Positions 7,489-17,515 of a stretch of DNA of 64,000 nt are shown here, in pieces. How positions within the stretch are numbered: position 1 is the stretch's first letter; each line of letters begins with the position of its first letter. Source of the stretch: Candidatus Shapirobacteria bacterium GW2011_GWF2_37_20 (GTDB lineage Bacteria > Patescibacteriota > Microgenomatia > UBA12405); assembly GCA_000989305.1 (NCBI GenBank), contig LBTB01000005.1, forward strand, positions 4,409 through 68,408, in the 5' to 3' direction. A program made the position numbers and the translations under genes. The notes under the pieces are model-generated. The model did no database searches. It saw only the letters and a list, made by a program, of their open reading frames with translations, and was not told the DNA's origin.

Positions 7489-10338
7489 ATGAATTTTTTA
7501 GATTTAATCAAAAAAAAGAAGACCGCTGACGGCTCTGCAGTTCCAATAGACAAGCCAGAAGTAGCGGTGGAGGCAAGGGCCGCTGACGGAACTAAACAAT
7601 TTGTGGAAGGACTGGTGTCAATAAAAGATATTATTGCCCCGTCGGCAATTGAGGTGGATTTTAACCACATAAGAATTGACAACAAATACTTTCGGACTTG
7701 TTTTGTGGCCGGATATCCACGCTTTGTAGGGCTAAATTGGTTGTCAACTCTAATAAACTTTGACGCTTCGTTAAAAACTTCGATGTATATCTATCCAACC
7801 GACGGAAAAGAGATATTGGATGATCTTCGGCGAAAAGTGGCGGAAATGGAGGCGGAAATTAGCACCGACATCCAAAGAGGAAGGGTGGTTAATCCGGCAA
7901 CACAAGCAAAACTAGAAGACGCCCTTAATTTGCAAAGCGATTTGGTAAAGGGAGAGGAAAGATTTTTTCAATTTGGTTTATACATGACATTGTCCTCTAA
8001 GACAAAAGAAGACTTGGATCGATCAACAAAGAATTTGGAATCGGCCCTGGGGGCCCTGATGATAATTTCTAAAAAGGCCAGCTTACAAATGGAGGAAGGT
8101 TTCACAAGTACCCTACCCCTGTGTTCAGACAAACTAAATATAACCAGAAATATGGACACCACATCTTTGGCTAGCACTTTTCCTTTTGTGTCTTCTGATT
8201 TGTCTGACGACAAGGGAATAATGTACGGAATCAATGAACACAACGGCTCACTGGTAATTTTTGATAGATTTTCAATGCAAAACTACAACTCGGTAGTATT
8301 TGCTTCAGCGGGAGCCGGAAAATCATACATGATAAAGCTTGAGGCGATGAGATCTCTAATGTTGGGAACTGATATTTTGGTAATTGACCCGGAAAATGAG
8401 TACCGAAGCCTAGCGGAATCAGTGGGAGGACAATACATTGCTTTTGGGTACGGAGAAGAATCAAAAATTAATCCTTTTGATTTATCGTTGGTGGTGGAAG
8501 AGGGAGAAAATGCCCTAAACGACAAGGTTTTAACGCTTCATAAAATGTTTAAGATAATGCTTGGAGCCATGGACCCAATGGAAGAGTCGATTTTAGACAA
8601 AGCGGTGATGGAGGCTTATAAGGCCAAGGGAATTACTCCTGATCCGGAAAGCCAAAAGAAGGAAGCACCATTGATTGAGGATTTATATAAGGCCTTAATC
8701 GGGATGGAAGAGGAAAAAGCTAAGAATTTAGCGGCAAGGTTGGAAAAATATATCAAGGGTTCTTTTGCGGGAATCTTTAACCAAAAAACAACAATAAATT
8801 TAAAGAATTCTTTTGTGGTGTTTGGAATCCGAAACCTTGAGGAAAGCTTAAGGCCGGTAGCAATGCACATTATTTTAGATTACATTTGGACAATTGTTAA
8901 AAGAGAGCTGAAAAAGAGAATCCTAATTGTGGATGAGGCTTGGTATTTAATGCAATACGATGACTCGGCGGCATTTTTACGGGGAATCGTAAAGAGAGGC
9001 CGAAAATATTACTTAGGAGTAACAACAATAACCCAGGATGTAGACGACTTTTTGGAGACACCTTACGGAAAAGAAATTGTGACCAACAGTGCCATTCAAA
9101 TCTTACTAAAACAACACAGTGCGGCCATCGATAAGGTGGGAGAAACATTTTACCTATCTGAGGGAGAGAAGCAGTTGTTGTTGTCGGCAGATAAGGGTGA
9201 AGGAATATTTTTTGCCGGACAAAATCATGTAGCAATTCAAGTAATCGCCTCTGACGAAGAACATAAATTGATTACTTCTAATCCTGAGGATTTGTTGAGA
9301 CAAAAAATTGCTGAAAAACAGGCGGCAATTGTTAAACAGGAACTACCGCAAGTAATTGAGGAAGAGACGGAAAACAAAGACGAGAGTCCAGAGACAAAAA
9401 TAGGGAAAAAAGTAGACCCGGCTATTGTGCCAACTGAAGCTGGAATTAGCCAGGTAAAAGAAGAATTAAAACCAGTTCCGACTCCGGAAATGGCGAAGGA
9501 ACCGATGGTTTCTGTGCCAGTAACGGAAACAAAGACTGAGATTAAAGCGGAAGAAAATCTTAAGCCCCCAACCCCGACAGATGCCGAAACGCCCCCCCTC
9601 AATCCTCCTTTGCCCGCGACTTCAGACCTACAGAACAAAGAAGATTCAGAAAGCGCCGAAGAAAAACCACAAATATTGTTTAAATCTGAGGTAGAAGAAT
9701 CACCGGAGGAAATCTTAAAGAAAAGAATTGCTCAAATGGAAGTACAAGAGAAAAAGGAAATAGAGGAACATAAAATCAAAGAGGCTGAAGAGGCTAAAAA
9801 CACTCAAGGCGGGATGGGTAAATTTGACGGAAGTGTCGGGGCCCTACCGAAATATCAGGAATTATTTAAGTCGCCAACATCAAAATTACCACCTTTGCCA
9901 CCTTTGCCAAAATTTGAAGCACCAAAACAAAGTGGTAATTTACCAAAATTTGAAGCTCAAAAACCCAGCTTTTTAACTCAAACCGAGGAAAAAGTAATTC
10001 CCCAACCACCACAATTAGCCAAAAAGGCAAAAGTGGAATTTGTTCCGGCTCCGCCACCGATCAAAACGGACACCCCTCTTAATGAAGAAAAAATCAGGGA
10101 AAAGAAGGGGGAGGAAATAAAAGCAACTGAGATTAAAGAAGTTGGTGAGACAAAACAAAGTCCCTCCCCTGATGTAAAGACGGAAGTTCTCCCTGACACT
10201 CCTTCACAAAAAGCTTCGGAGATGCAGAGTAAGGGAGACCAAGAAAAGAAAATAGACGAAGCAAAACCTGCTTCCACTGATGGTGCCGGTGAGGCGAAGA
10301 TGACTTACGAAGAATTATTCGGAAACGACAAAACATAG
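7489..10338 (+). CDS. VirB4/TrbE/PrgJ-like T4SS ATPase with an about 350-aa Pro/Glu/Lys-rich C-terminal tail
   Basis: Walker A ASAGAGKSYMIK, Walker B RILIVDEAWYL, and a VirB4-type N-domain. The tail (about 9250-10338) is low-complexity and contains the repeat LPKFEA x2 and PPLPPLP. Confidence 0.8.
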   Translation: MNFLDLIKKKKTADGSAVPIDKPEVAVEARAADGTKQFVEGLVSIKDIIAPSAIEVDFNHIRIDNKYFRTCFVAGYPRFVGLNWLSTLINFDASLKTSMYIYPTDGKEILDDLRRKVAEMEAEISTDIQRGRVVNPATQAKLEDALNLQSDLVKGEERFFQFGLYMTLSSKTKEDLDRSTKNLESALGALMIISKKASLQMEEGFTSTLPLCSDKLNITRNMDTTSLASTFPFVSSDLSDDKGIMYGINEHNGSLVIFDRFSMQNYNSVVFASAGAGKSYMIKLEAMRSLMLGTDILVIDPENEYRSLAESVGGQYIAFGYGEESKINPFDLSLVVEEGENALNDKVLTLHKMFKIMLGAMDPMEESILDKAVMEAYKAKGITPDPESQKKEAPLIEDLYKALIGMEEEKAKNLAARLEKYIKGSFAGIFNQKTTINLKNSFVVFGIRNLEESLRPVAMHIILDYIWTIVKRELKKRILIVDEAWYLMQYDDSAAFLRGIVKRGRKYYLGVTTITQDVDDFLETPYGKEIVTNSAIQILLKQHSAAIDKVGETFYLSEGEKQLLLSADKGEGIFFAGQNHVAIQVIASDEEHKLITSNPEDLLRQKIAEKQAAIVKQELPQVIEEETENKDESPETKIGKKVDPAIVPTEAGISQVKEELKPVPTPEMAKEPMVSVPVTETKTEIKAEENLKPPTPTDAETPPLNPPLPATSDLQNKEDSESAEEKPQILFKSEVEESPEEILKKRIAQMEVQEKKEIEEHKIKEAEEAKNTQGGMGKFDGSVGALPKYQELFKSPTSKLPPLPPLPKFEAPKQSGNLPKFEAQKPSFLTQTEEKVIPQPPQLAKKAKVEFVPAPPPIKTDTPLNEEKIREKKGEEIKATEIKEVGETKQSPSPDVKTEVLPDTPSQKASEMQSKGDQEKKIDEAKPASTDGAGEAKMTYEELFGNDKT

Positions 10339-10353
10339 GATATAATTTAAGTC

Positions 10354-13300
10354 ATGAGTGAGTCTCCAAAAAACATAAAAGTATTAGTTGGGGCTCTTAG
10401 AGATCTGCAAGGTCGGGTATTGCTTAGCAACGAAAGACTTTATATCGAAAGTCGCCAAGTATTTGAAAAATTACAGGGTCTGAAACTAGCAAAAACAAGC
10501 GACCTTGACGTAAACCATATTGATAAAACAATTAAGGTTTTGGAGGCGTTGCCAAAGGAGATTACCGAGCTTGATATTGAAGAATTAGGCAAAGAATCCA
10601 AGGAGCCCGAATCGAAGGCGTTGAACGAAAAAGAACTAGACCAACTCCTGGATGATTACAAAAAGTCTGAAAGCGAGAATGAAAAAGGAAAAATAGAAGA
10701 AAAAATTAAAAAATCGGGAAACAAGGAAAATGTTGACCGCTTTATTGACACTCAGAAAGAAATTGCTAAAAAATTTAAGGAGGAAGCGGCTTTCGAATCG
10801 GCAAGTAAGACTCGGGCAAAAAAAACAATAATGGAGCTGGTCGACGAATTTAAGAAAGCAGGAAATGATAAGAAAAGAGAAATCGAAAAAGAAATATACC
10901 TTATAACCGGGGAAAAAGATGCGCAAAAGTATATCCAAAAAAGTGAGGCAGTGGTAAACAGAAACACCAAAGGTTTGGAAAAAATAAACGTAGACTTGAG
11001 AGAAAAAGTGTCCCAAGATTTAATTAAAATCAGTGAAAACCAACCCGAAAAGGTGGTTAAAATTGTCGAAGAGGCAAGTTTGAAAGAAGAATTTGATAAA
11101 AAAAGAACGGAGAGGGAAATTAAAAAAAATGTTAAGGGCTCCGAGGAAGCAGAAAGAATTGTTCAAAAAATTGAAGAAATAAGAGCAGAAATTAAAGTCG
11201 AAGGCAAAGCAGAAGAGATTGCTCAAATAACTTATGAGAAATTAAAAACAGAGAATATTCCGGTATCAGAAAGGATTAAGGTTGAATTAAAAGAGGAAAT
11301 TTTAAGTTCATGGAAAGAGGGCGACGAGATAAAGATTCCCGACCAGTTACAGGGCAAGGGCGGGGAAATTGTTGTCAGAGAAGCGGCAAAAGCGGCAGAT
11401 ATTTTCAAGGAAAATAACTTGGAAGTAGTGGTTAATTATCGCGCGGGAGAGTTAGGAAAAGAAATCGGGACGGAATTAAGAAGAAGCGGAGTAAGTGATG
11501 AAAAATTGATTGAAAGATATGTTGAGGTGAGCAATAGGTTGACCAATAATCCAGAAACAATAAGGGTTGAAGCGAAGAGGGGTGAAATTGCCAATTTTGT
11601 TGAAGCTAACAATAAAAATGTTGGTGCAGGAGAAGTGGAAAGATCGATAGATGAGGCGAGATTTATGGCAAAGAGCGTAGTAATGGCGCCAAAGAAATTT
11701 AACAAAGCCATAAAAGATTACAACGAAGCAAGAGATTTAATTGGAGCAGAAAAACTACCAAAACTAAAAGAAATTAGGGTGGTGGAAAAAATGACCTCTC
11801 TTTTCAAGAACAGTCCGGGAATGTTGAGACTGATGAACGGAGCCCAAAGAATGACGGGCATCTTTCAAAGAATAAATGCTTTTCCGGGAAGTTTACTGGC
11901 AAGAACTGGAATGCAAAAAGCGGGTTATAAAATCTTGGGTAAAATTGGAGGACAGGCGGCGGTTGAGTTTGTAAAAAATGCAGCGGCAGTAATTGCAAAA
12001 GAAGGTACATTGCAAGGTGTTAAAACAATAGCCTTAAGTTTGATGGGTAAGGGGGCGGTGGTAGCGGGCAGTGGAGCGGCTACCGGCGGAGCCTTGGCAG
12101 GAGTAGTGGCGGCTTTTCAGGCTCTACCCGTGGTGGGACAAGTGGTGGCGGTGGTGGTAGCGGCGGTAGTACTTCTTAAGGGAGTAATTGATGGGGTGAA
12201 GGGGGTTTTGAGCAAGATAACCGGCCTAGACATGAACGGAGTAAAAAACTTTGTTTCAGACACTTTGGGACTGGGAAAGTTTGTTGGAGGAACGGTACAA
12301 TTTGCGGCTGATGTGGGTACTTTATTGGTTGGAATTCCGACTTTTATTGGGATGTTGGCCATGGGGGCGATTGTAACTCCGGTTGTAATATTTTTCTTTT
12401 TGGGAACAATGGCTTACTCCATGTTTCAACAAAACCTGGTGTCATCTCTAGTGCCGCCGGCAGACATGAGTAATTGTGTACTGAAAAGTGAATACGGCGG
12501 AGCAATAAACTGTGACCAAAACGCGCCGGAAAATTCAATAACCGGTGTAGATAAGGCTAATTTTATAGACATAGCAAATAGGTGGCAGAGCGGATCAAAT
12601 TTTGCCAGCGTTTGTTATAACGACACGGTAAACAGAGCGTTGTGTGCCGGAATTAATCCTACCTATGCTTTATGGGTGTGGTTACACGAATCCGGAGCTA
12701 GCAACTACTCACGTGACGATATCGAAGATTTTGGAATTCACGACAGTACAACCCCAAATAGAAATTTTGACGCACAAATTACGAAGTTTTTAACATTAAC
12801 CGGGGTAGGAAGTAGGTGTTTGTCTGACCCAAGAATCAATGGAGATTTTTGGTTGTCCTGGGCAACAAGTTATTTGAACGGATATGATTGTGATCCGGAC
12901 AAACCGAACTCAATATTTCCCGACATGACTCCAAGAAAATATGCGGCGGGGCTTAGAGACCAATGGACCTGGATTAGTAGTTCGCCAATACCTAATGGAA
13001 TTTTGGTAGCCAAGGGAGGAAAAAACTGCGGCCAGATCGGGATAGGATCGACAGAATATGCCGGAAATGCCCATGAAGTAACTGATAAGGATGGAAATGT
13101 ATGGGTGTGTACGGAAAATACACAATCGCCAATAGGTGATTTTGACCCTAATTCTCCAGGGTTGGGTGGAGTAGTTGTTGATGGGGAATGTAGCGTGGGA
13201 GAAGTAGTAGTGCCAACAAGACAATGTGATTCTCAATGGGGACAAATACCGCTTAACGGCGGGAGTTGTGCTAATGGAAAACCGGGAACAATATGTTCGG

Positions 13301-13749
13301 CGGGATGTGGCCCAACCAGCGTGTCAATGTTGACCAGACATGTAAACGGATCTTTAACGCCAAATAATGTTATTTTCAGTCGAGGGTCAGCTTATTACAA
13401 CATGGGATGTGAAGGTTCAAGTCTTAGTCAGGCACAAACAGAATTGGTTAAACAATTTGGCAGCGAAGCAGTAAGCCTTGATTCTGTTACTCAGGGCTGT
13501 GATGAAAAAGCGATTGCCAATTGGATTTGTAGCGGAAAAGTGGTGATGGTATTGGCAAATTTTTACCGAAACACAAGCTTGGAACTGGGAGGGCACTTTG
13601 TAATGGCAGTGGGAGTTAGAGATGGAAAAATTGTAGTCCAAGACCCTTATTACGATGCGACGGACACCCCGTTTGACGGGACCAAGGCATACGGCTATGC
13701 TCACGATATCAGAGGATGCTTATTAGTTGATAAGACGGCAGTAAAATGA
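10354..13749 (+). CDS. Large membrane-anchored protein: coiled-coil N-terminal region, TM/Gly-Ala-Val-rich segment, and C-terminal lysozyme-like plus Cys/His peptidase-like (C39/CHAP-like) domains. Candidate PrgK/VirB1-like cell-wall hydrolase.
   Basis: About 550 aa of E/K-rich coiled coil are followed by hydrophobic helices (VVAVVVAAVVLL..., IVTPVVIFFFLG). The C-terminal part has a candidate nucleophile Cys in GCGPTSVSM and His in GGHFVMAVGVRDGKIVVQDP. Confidence 0.5.
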   Translation: MSESPKNIKVLVGALRDLQGRVLLSNERLYIESRQVFEKLQGLKLAKTSDLDVNHIDKTIKVLEALPKEITELDIEELGKESKEPESKALNEKELDQLLDDYKKSESENEKGKIEEKIKKSGNKENVDRFIDTQKEIAKKFKEEAAFESASKTRAKKTIMELVDEFKKAGNDKKREIEKEIYLITGEKDAQKYIQKSEAVVNRNTKGLEKINVDLREKVSQDLIKISENQPEKVVKIVEEASLKEEFDKKRTEREIKKNVKGSEEAERIVQKIEEIRAEIKVEGKAEEIAQITYEKLKTENIPVSERIKVELKEEILSSWKEGDEIKIPDQLQGKGGEIVVREAAKAADIFKENNLEVVVNYRAGELGKEIGTELRRSGVSDEKLIERYVEVSNRLTNNPETIRVEAKRGEIANFVEANNKNVGAGEVERSIDEARFMAKSVVMAPKKFNKAIKDYNEARDLIGAEKLPKLKEIRVVEKMTSLFKNSPGMLRLMNGAQRMTGIFQRINAFPGSLLARTGMQKAGYKILGKIGGQAAVEFVKNAAAVIAKEGTLQGVKTIALSLMGKGAVVAGSGAATGGALAGVVAAFQALPVVGQVVAVVVAAVVLLKGVIDGVKGVLSKITGLDMNGVKNFVSDTLGLGKFVGGTVQFAADVGTLLVGIPTFIGMLAMGAIVTPVVIFFFLGTMAYSMFQQNLVSSLVPPADMSNCVLKSEYGGAINCDQNAPENSITGVDKANFIDIANRWQSGSNFASVCYNDTVNRALCAGINPTYALWVWLHESGASNYSRDDIEDFGIHDSTTPNRNFDAQITKFLTLTGVGSRCLSDPRINGDFWLSWATSYLNGYDCDPDKPNSIFPDMTPRKYAAGLRDQWTWISSSPIPNGILVAKGGKNCGQIGIGSTEYAGNAHEVTDKDGNVWVCTENTQSPIGDFDPNSPGLGGVVVDGECSVGEVVVPTRQCDSQWGQIPLNGGSCANGKPGTICSAGCGPTSVSMLTRHVNGSLTPNNVIFSRGSAYYNMGCEGSSLSQAQTELVKQFGSEAVSLDSVTQGCDEKAIANWICSGKVVMVLANFYRNTSLELGGHFVMAVGVRDGKIVVQDPYYDATDTPFDGTKAYGYAHDIRGCLLVDKTAVK

Positions 13750-14135
13750 CAAAGAAAAATAAAATAATTTTAGGACTGACAATTTTAGTAGTGATAGTGG
13801 GAGTGGTGGCGTTTTGGCCAAAAGAGGAAGAAATAAACAAGATTGTTGATAGCCCGGTGGTTGTTCCGGACAGAATAATTACTGATTATGGGAGTGATAC
13901 CGGAGCCAAAGAGATTAGTCTGAGTGAAGAACAATATAGTGAAGTATATTTAATTAAAGACCTGAGAGATAAGGTGCCGATAAACAGAACCTATTTTTTA
14001 ATTGATTTTGACTACGGAGTAAATAAATTTATAGTGAAATATAAAGACACCAACAAAGGGGTGGCTGAGTTTGAAAAATGGTTGGTGGACACCGGATATA
14101 ATGTAATTTCTAAAGAATATTTTCAAATAAAATGA
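13746..14135 (+). CDS. Small membrane-anchored protein (N-terminal TM), translationally coupled to the upstream gene
   Basis: ATGA start/stop overlap with the upstream gene. The N-terminal helix is IILGLTILVVIVGVVAFW. Confidence 0.45.
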   Translation: MTKKNKIILGLTILVVIVGVVAFWPKEEEINKIVDSPVVVPDRIITDYGSDTGAKEISLSEEQYSEVYLIKDLRDKVPINRTYFLIDFDYGVNKFIVKYKDTNKGVAEFEKWLVDTGYNVISKEYFQIK

Positions 14136-14485
14136 TAAAAAACATAAAACAATATTGGTTAGTAGGACTCTTGGTGATAATTGCGGCATGGATGGGGATT
14201 ACAAAAATCAGATATCGAAATGTCGATTGGGACTTTGTCAGCGGGTTAATAACACCGACGGTAATGCCAACGAGAGCCCCGCAAATAAACGCCGACTATC
14301 CTTTGTGGGAATTACTCCCCTACACCGGAAAAGACTTCGTGGTTGACCGCTATACAGAACCTTTAGTGTTGGCAATAAAAACAAATATTAACAAAAACAC
14401 AGTGACCCAAGAGGTTTATAAGTGGTTGCTAGAAAATAACGTAGCAACAGAAAGCCATAAATTAGTTTTTGAAGAAAAAGAATAA
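14132..14485 (+). CDS. Small membrane-anchored protein
   Basis: Overlapping start/stop with its neighbour. The N-terminal helix is YWLVGLLVIIAAWMGI. Confidence 0.45.
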   Translation: MIKNIKQYWLVGLLVIIAAWMGITKIRYRNVDWDFVSGLITPTVMPTRAPQINADYPLWELLPYTGKDFVVDRYTEPLVLAIKTNINKNTVTQEVYKWLLENNVATESHKLVFEEKE

Positions 14486-14760
14486 TGAAAAAATATCTAA
14501 TAATTGCTGCTTTAGTGGTGTCTGCCTTTGGATTGGGTGGTTGCGGAACCCAAAAAACAGAGACAACAATATTAAACTCCGTCGTAAGTCGTGAAGGAAC
14601 ACTAACAATAAAGAGCGGTGAAGTCTATTTATTGTCGACTACGGAAGGAATTGTAAATATAACCAGCAAGAAGGTTGATTTAGATGATTATTTAAAAAAG
14701 AGGATTAAAGTGACGGGGATGTTTTCGGGCGACACCTTGTATGTCGATGAGGTGAAATAA
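14485..14760 (+). CDS. Small putative lipoprotein
   Basis: Signal peptide ending in a lipobox-like motif (AFGLGGC). 91 aa, coupled to the upstream ORF. Confidence 0.45.
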   Translation: MKKYLIIAALVVSAFGLGGCGTQKTETTILNSVVSREGTLTIKSGEVYLLSTTEGIVNITSKKVDLDDYLKKRIKVTGMFSGDTLYVDEVK

Positions 14761-14761
14761 T

Positions 14762-15880
14762 TTAATCCTGGATACGGACCGGCATAATGATGTGGGTAAG
14801 AGCAGGGTCAGATTGATCTCGGAAAAGGCCGGGAGAAAGAGGTTCGCTTAGCTCTAAAACAATTTCATCGCCGGTACAAATTGACAAGAAATCAGAAATA
14901 AATTTGTAGTTAAAGGCAATGTCGAGAGCTTCACCCTCAATGCGAGCGTCAACATTTACTTTATTTTGACCAATCTGGGGGGCATTGGCGGAAAGTTCAA
15001 TTGAACTAGCCTTAAGACTAATTTTTACTACATTAGCAGATTCGCGAGCAAAAACAGAGCTTTGTTTGATGGCCTGGGCGAATTCGTCACGATTTAAATA
15101 GATTTTGGTTCCGGATTCTTTGGGAATAATTCGATTGTAGTCAGGATATTCACCATCAATAAGACGGGAAACTAACTCTAAGTCCTCTAAAACAAAAACA
15201 ACCTGATGGGCGTCTTTGGTTAAACCAATTTTTACCTTTTTAGCATTTCGAGCAAGCTTGACAATCTCCAGTAAGGATTTGGCGGGAATTAATAGGGTTT
15301 CTTTTTCTTCAGATAGACTAAGAGGATTAACCAGCTTAATGCTTTTTAACGAGAGACGGAAACCGTCAGTGGCCACCAGTGTTAGTTCTTCGTTACTAAA
15401 GGTACATAAAATAGCGGTGAGAACAGGACGAGAATCGTCGGTGGCGGCGGCAAAGGCAATTTGATTAATAGCCTGAGTTAAAACAGGAAGATCTATTTCA
15501 AATGCAGTCTTTGGATCTAAAGAAGGAATTTCAGGAAAATCAGCCGGAGGAAGACACGCGAAATTGGATTCGGTTTTGGTTGAAGTCAGAGTAAGGATGT
15601 TGGTGTCTTTCAGAGAAAGATCGATTCGGCCAGCTGGCAGATAGGAAACAAATTCGGTGATTTCTTTGGCCGGGAGACAAAAAGAACCTTCGGTTTCAAT
15701 TTTGGCGCCTAACCAATAATTAATAGCTAATTCAAGATTGGTGGCCGATAGTTTGAGACGACCGTTGTCGGTAGAGAAAAGAATGTGGTTTAAAATGGGA
15801 AGCTGGATTTTAGAAGCAACAAAGCGAGAGGTGTGACTTAAGGCTTGAGAAAGATTTTCCTCTAAAAGTGAGAGCTTCAT
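14762..15880 (-). CDS. dnaN: DNA polymerase III beta sliding clamp
   Basis: 372 aa. The N-terminus MKLSLLEENLSQALSHTSRFVASKIQLPILNHILF is typical of DnaN, and the three-domain length fits. Confidence 0.9.
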   Translation of the reverse strand: MKLSLLEENLSQALSHTSRFVASKIQLPILNHILFSTDNGRLKLSATNLELAINYWLGAKIETEGSFCLPAKEITEFVSYLPAGRIDLSLKDTNILTLTSTKTESNFACLPPADFPEIPSLDPKTAFEIDLPVLTQAINQIAFAAATDDSRPVLTAILCTFSNEELTLVATDGFRLSLKSIKLVNPLSLSEEKETLLIPAKSLLEIVKLARNAKKVKIGLTKDAHQVVFVLEDLELVSRLIDGEYPDYNRIIPKESGTKIYLNRDEFAQAIKQSSVFARESANVVKISLKASSIELSANAPQIGQNKVNVDARIEGEALDIAFNYKFISDFLSICTGDEIVLELSEPLSPGLFRDQSDPALTHIIMPVRIQD

Positions 15881-16150
15881 TGACCTATATATTAACAGAT
15901 TGGAGCTTTAGAGAACAGTAGTATTGTTAATAGGGTCGGGGGGAAAGTGGGTAAGATTAAAATATGGTGAAAGTAGAGACTAGAAATGAGAAAGAGGAGG
16001 GTGAATATGTTAGAAATAGCGGAAATATATGGTTTGTGGCAGAGATTTAACTTATAGTGTGTAGCTGGACTTTGGGAAAGTTTCGGGGGAAAAGGAGAGG
16101 GAAAAAAGTGGATAAGTCGGTGGATAAGTAAAGGAAAAAGGTGGATAAGT
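15881..16150. promoter_or_regulatory. dnaA-dnaN intergenic region with a DnaA-box cluster (putative oriC element)
   Basis: Three co-oriented GTGGATAAG boxes (the reverse complement of TTATCCAC) at 16108-16116, 16120-16128 and 16141-16149. There is an additional TTGATAAG at about 16174. AT-rich sequence lies upstream at 15890-16060. Confidence 0.6.
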
Positions 16151-17515
16151 TTAGAGTGAATTTTTTATTCGGTTGATAAGTTCTTTTAATTGTGGAGAAG
16201 TGGCTAACTCAGAGGCCACCTTGTCTCGGGCGTGCATAATGCTGGTGTGGTCGCGACCACCCAAAAGATCACCAACCTCTTTTAAAGGGATTTTAATTTC
16301 ATTAAGAAGAAGATAGGCGGTGATGTGTCGGGCGGTAACGAGATCTTTTTTTCGTGAAGAGCCACACAAGTCCCCTGTTTTTACGTTGAAATATTTAGCA
16401 CAGACTGACAGAAGGTGACGGGAGTTGAGTTTGGGGGAGGTGGAAGCAAAGGAGGGAGAAAATGAGCCGTTTTGAGAACTAAAGTAGGCGGAAACAAAAT
16501 CGATGTCAACTAATTTATGGCCCTGAGCAAGAGACATAACAGCAATTTCCTGAACCTTGCCTTCAATATCACGGGTGTTGGATTGAATGTTGTCGGCCAG
16601 GAATTGAACGGCTTCGAAAGTGAGGTCTACTCCCTTTTCCTGAGCCTTTTGTTGAATAATAGCAGAGCGCATTTCTAAGTCCGGGGGTTGAATGTCGACA
16701 GTCAAGCCGCCCATGAAACGGGAAACAAGGCGGTCTTCCAGGTCTTTAATGTCTCCCGGCTTACGGTCTGAGGTTAAGATGATTTGTTTACCGGCGAGAT
16801 GGAGGGCGTTGAAGGTGTGAAAAAACTCTTCCTGGATATATTCTTTGCCGGCAAGAAACTGAACATCATCAACTAAAATGCAATCTAACTGGCGGTATTT
16901 GTTTTTAAACTGGTTAATAGATTTGGTTTTGAGGGAGTTGATTAGTTCGTTTCCAAAAGTTTCGGCAGGAAAATATTTTATTTTTAAGTCGGGGTTATTT
17001 TTTAATAATTCGTGGCCAATGGCCTGCATTAAATGAGTTTTGCCAACCCCTACCCCACCCCAAAGGAAAAAGGGGTTGTAGGAAAGTCCGGGGTTTTTTA
17101 CAACTCCTTGGGCGGCGGCATAGGCGAAATTGTTACTGTTACCAACAATTAGGTTGTCGAGAGTGTATTTAGGATGGAGGCCAGCTTGAGAGTGGTTAAG
17201 GGAGGAGGTTTTGGGTTGGTAAGAAAACAAAGGGGTTAGTGAAGGGTTTTGGGAATCATCATTTTTTATTATTTCCTGAACCACAAAATGAAGGGTATTG
17301 TTGTTTTTGGTTTGGTTGTCGAGGGCGCTTTTAAAGAGTTGGTAGTAACGTTTTTGGTTTAGATCACAAAGATAGGCATTGGAACAGGCAATGGTGGCGT
17401 CGAGATTAACAAGAGAAACCAGTTGGGTTTTGACAACAAAGGTTTGGTAAACAGCTGGAGCCAGAACAACCCGGAGTTCTTCCTGGGTGTTTTTCCAAAG
17501 TTGTTCAATGTCCAT
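16151..17515 (-). CDS. dnaA: Chromosomal replication initiator DnaA
   Basis: AAA+ Walker A GGVGVGKTHL, Walker B ILVDDVQFL, and C-terminal DnaA domain IV (ARHITAYLLLNEIKIPLKEVGDLLGGRDHTSIMHA). Confidence 0.95.
   Translation of the reverse strand: MDIEQLWKNTQEELRVVLAPAVYQTFVVKTQLVSLVNLDATIACSNAYLCDLNQKRYYQLFKSALDNQTKNNNTLHFVVQEIIKNDDSQNPSLTPLFSYQPKTSSLNHSQAGLHPKYTLDNLIVGNSNNFAYAAAQGVVKNPGLSYNPFFLWGGVGVGKTHLMQAIGHELLKNNPDLKIKYFPAETFGNELINSLKTKSINQFKNKYRQLDCILVDDVQFLAGKEYIQEEFFHTFNALHLAGKQIILTSDRKPGDIKDLEDRLVSRFMGGLTVDIQPPDLEMRSAIIQQKAQEKGVDLTFEAVQFLADNIQSNTRDIEGKVQEIAVMSLAQGHKLVDIDFVSAYFSSQNGSFSPSFASTSPKLNSRHLLSVCAKYFNVKTGDLCGSSRKKDLVTARHITAYLLLNEIKIPLKEVGDLLGGRDHTSIMHARDKVASELATSPQLKELINRIKNSL

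Noticed and set aside
16108-16149. Three evenly spaced identical 9-mers (GTGGATAAG) that could look like a mini CRISPR/tandem repeat
   Set aside because: The sequence is the reverse complement of the DnaA box TTATCCAC, and it sits between dnaA and dnaN. It is interpreted as origin DnaA boxes, not CRISPR.
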